A DNA stretch of 63,620 nucleotides, the filler included, from Rhabdomonas costata (lineage: Eukaryota), in the NCBI GenBank assembly GCA_019059605.1. It is 32 parts of 32 records of this genome, joined end to end, with 100 filler letters (N's around TTAATTAATTAA, not from the genome) between each part and the next. Parts side by side here need not be neighbours in the genome. Positions count along the whole stretch, not along the records: positions 59,745 to 61,632 come from JAHMHO010007741.1; positions 61,733 to 63,620 come from JAHMHO010007742.1; 30 more parts are not named here. One strand, written 5' to 3'. A program made the translations under genes and the position numbers. This document shows positions 61,630 through 63,620 of this stretch, one piece after another. The stretch's first letter is position 1. Each line of letters starts with the position of its first letter. Under the pieces are notes generated by a model. It ran no database searches, was not told the DNA's origin, and was given only the letters and a program-made list of their open reading frames with translations.

Positions 61630-63620
61630 CCCNNNNNNNNNNNNNNNNNNNNNNNNNNNNNNNNNNNNNNNNNNNNTTAATTAATTAANNNNNNNNNNNN
61701 NNNNNNNNNNNNNNNNNNNNNNNNNNNNNNNNCGCGCGTTCCCGAGCATCAGAAAATCACTGGCAAAGCTTATCTTGACAGTGATTGTATACGCTATCAG
61801 AGCATGCATCTGATGGATTAAGAGTGCGTGACAGCCATCTCAATTGCATGTCTGCACACGAATATATGGTGGACGCAACGACCCGCTCAATAGCATGGTG
61901 TGTGCCAAAAGTTCTCACTGAGCTCAACGCCTATTTTTGCCCCCTTCTTTCGTATCCGCACTGCGCCACTGCTAGAATCCAATTTAAGCTCTTTAATTAA
62001 CGATCATTTGCTTTATTTGCTTTCTATTTCCAACGTCGGCCACGTACGACTTCAGTCATTGGAAACAAATGACCTTTCTCTTTGCTTCCATGCACTCTCT
62101 TTCGCTCTCGGCATCAAGCAACAACAATGAGCTCGTCCGGATCAGCTATCTGAAGTGACTCTTTACCCACAACAGTGGAAACCTCAAAGTGCTCTCATGT
62201 ACTTAGCTGCATCTTCCGTCTTGAACTGCGCACAACTCGCTGCGTAACAACTCTGTGTTAACAGAGCTAGACATAATTATTTGCGAGAACAACTGAGGCA
62301 ATAGCTGACGAATCATCAGGTCTTATGGCATAACAGTGGGTACGCTTGACGACACTTTAGCTCAAAGGATTTTCATTGCCCATACTTGATGATAGAATGA
62401 GTCCTCTACCTTCCTCCAAACGTTTTGCGGCACAGCAAAACTGATTGCGAGACTCAACAACTCGTCTAAACTTAAAAACGGTAGTCTGTGCCACAAAAAT
62501 GTTGATTGAAAAACACTTCCAGGGTCATCTGTGTCCAGTATGGTCCAGTATTACGAATTCTAGTACATGTAAGTGAAAGTGATCACCAGTTTAGTAAGAC
62601 TCACCTGAACAAGCTCTTCTCCTGGTTCTAACCTGGTTTCCTTTAGTACCAAACAGTAAACTTGGATGAAATTGCTTTCGAGTCGACAAGCGACTGTATG
62701 CCTGCTCCAAACAATTTTTTCCAAGCGCACACTTAACGTATACAGTGTTGGATGACTCAGTGCACGCGTGGTGTTCACTGGAATTGTATTTCCGCTGCTT
62801 ATATTTTCTTTACAGCTTTCTTCTACCGCAGACTTGACACGCAACATTTAACTATCTCGATCCTACCGTTTTGTTCAAAAACCACGGAAATGCTAAACTG
62901 CTCCAACACCATCCTTCTCGATGTAATGAAAACAAATCCCCAACACTCTTGGGCACAAAATCTTGGTCAAAACCATTGGTCTCACTGTCTCTGGTTGAAG
63001 TAGCTTCCATTCCAACCCTCTTTATTTTGGGCCATCTTTATTGGATGTAACTTTGTGCTCCATAAAACTCTCATCGGTTTGGACTTCCACGCTCTTGGCC
63101 TTATTTCCTGGAAATTTTTGATGAAATGATGAAATGTTCTGGTAATCTGCAGTAAAAACACTTCAGCGGCAACTGCTTCACAGCGATGTCGAAGTTTCGA
63201 TTGTAAAACCTGGTTCTCCATTCAAAAGTTATGGTATCTGTTGCCTCCGGTGATCTAGTAGAGTTGAAACTATGTCACACCACAGGTCTACTCTTGGTCT
63301 GTATATAACCGGTGAAATAGTTGTGGTTAATATTCCTTTTTCTATGCAAAGAAAAAGCTTCTCCCACATGGGGTACACTCTAGTCGTTGGAGATGGTGTC
63401 CTAATTGCCTTGTCTTGTCCCTCTCTATGTTCCACATATAACACCCCTGTTGGTGGCGACGTGATTGCCACCATCAATGTTTCTGATGTCACGCCGTCCC
63501 ACTACCAGTAATGCGAACCAACACTCAACCACATTAAATTTGTACTAATGAACCTCACACTCTCTTAACAGTGTAATTGAATTCGCACTTGTGGTCGGTC
63601 AAATTACCACACAACCCCCA

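Noticed and set aside
1..63620. Functional clustering of DNA-repair and meiosis genes (RAD51/DMC1, Ku-like, FHA kinase, MSH5) as one locus
   Set aside because: They lie on separate contigs ordered roughly by length, so their adjacency has no biological meaning.

Overview
This window is not contiguous DNA. It is 32 short contigs of about 1.89 kb, joined by 31 artificial 100-nt spacers (N-run, TTAATTAATTAA, N-run). The source is an intron-rich eukaryote, most likely a protist: GC3-rich short exons, GT-AG introns with relaxed donor sites, and mitochondrial-type genes. Many contigs begin with G/T-only sequence and end with A/C-only sequence, and five carry fold-back inverted repeats at an end. 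Both point to whole-genome-amplified (probably single-cell) material with chimeras. Gene fragments recognised by manual translation and motif recall, without database searches: a spliced BMP/PnrA-type substrate-binding domain, UBE2O-like E2, a PPR-like protein, an alpha/beta hydrolase, a CDP-alcohol-type cardiolipin synthase, a 39-aa helical-repeat protein, a RAD51/DMC1 C-terminus, an FHA-domain kinase, a UBR-type zinc finger, an NSUN6-like methyltransferase, RRP42, an EEP phosphodiesterase, MSH5, a PRP22-like helicase, a Cys-rich repeat protein and PIG-Q. There are also two non-LTR retrotransposons (an APE-type LINE and a decayed CRE-like element). The most striking signals are consecutive in-phase UBE2O exons on opposite strands, back-to-back internal exons of MSH5 and an EEP gene, a meiotic toolkit, and an intron-containing bacterial-type BMP domain. 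The strand anomalies may well be amplification artefacts. I found no CRISPR array, rRNA or intact tRNA, and no novel system that the sequence alone can establish.
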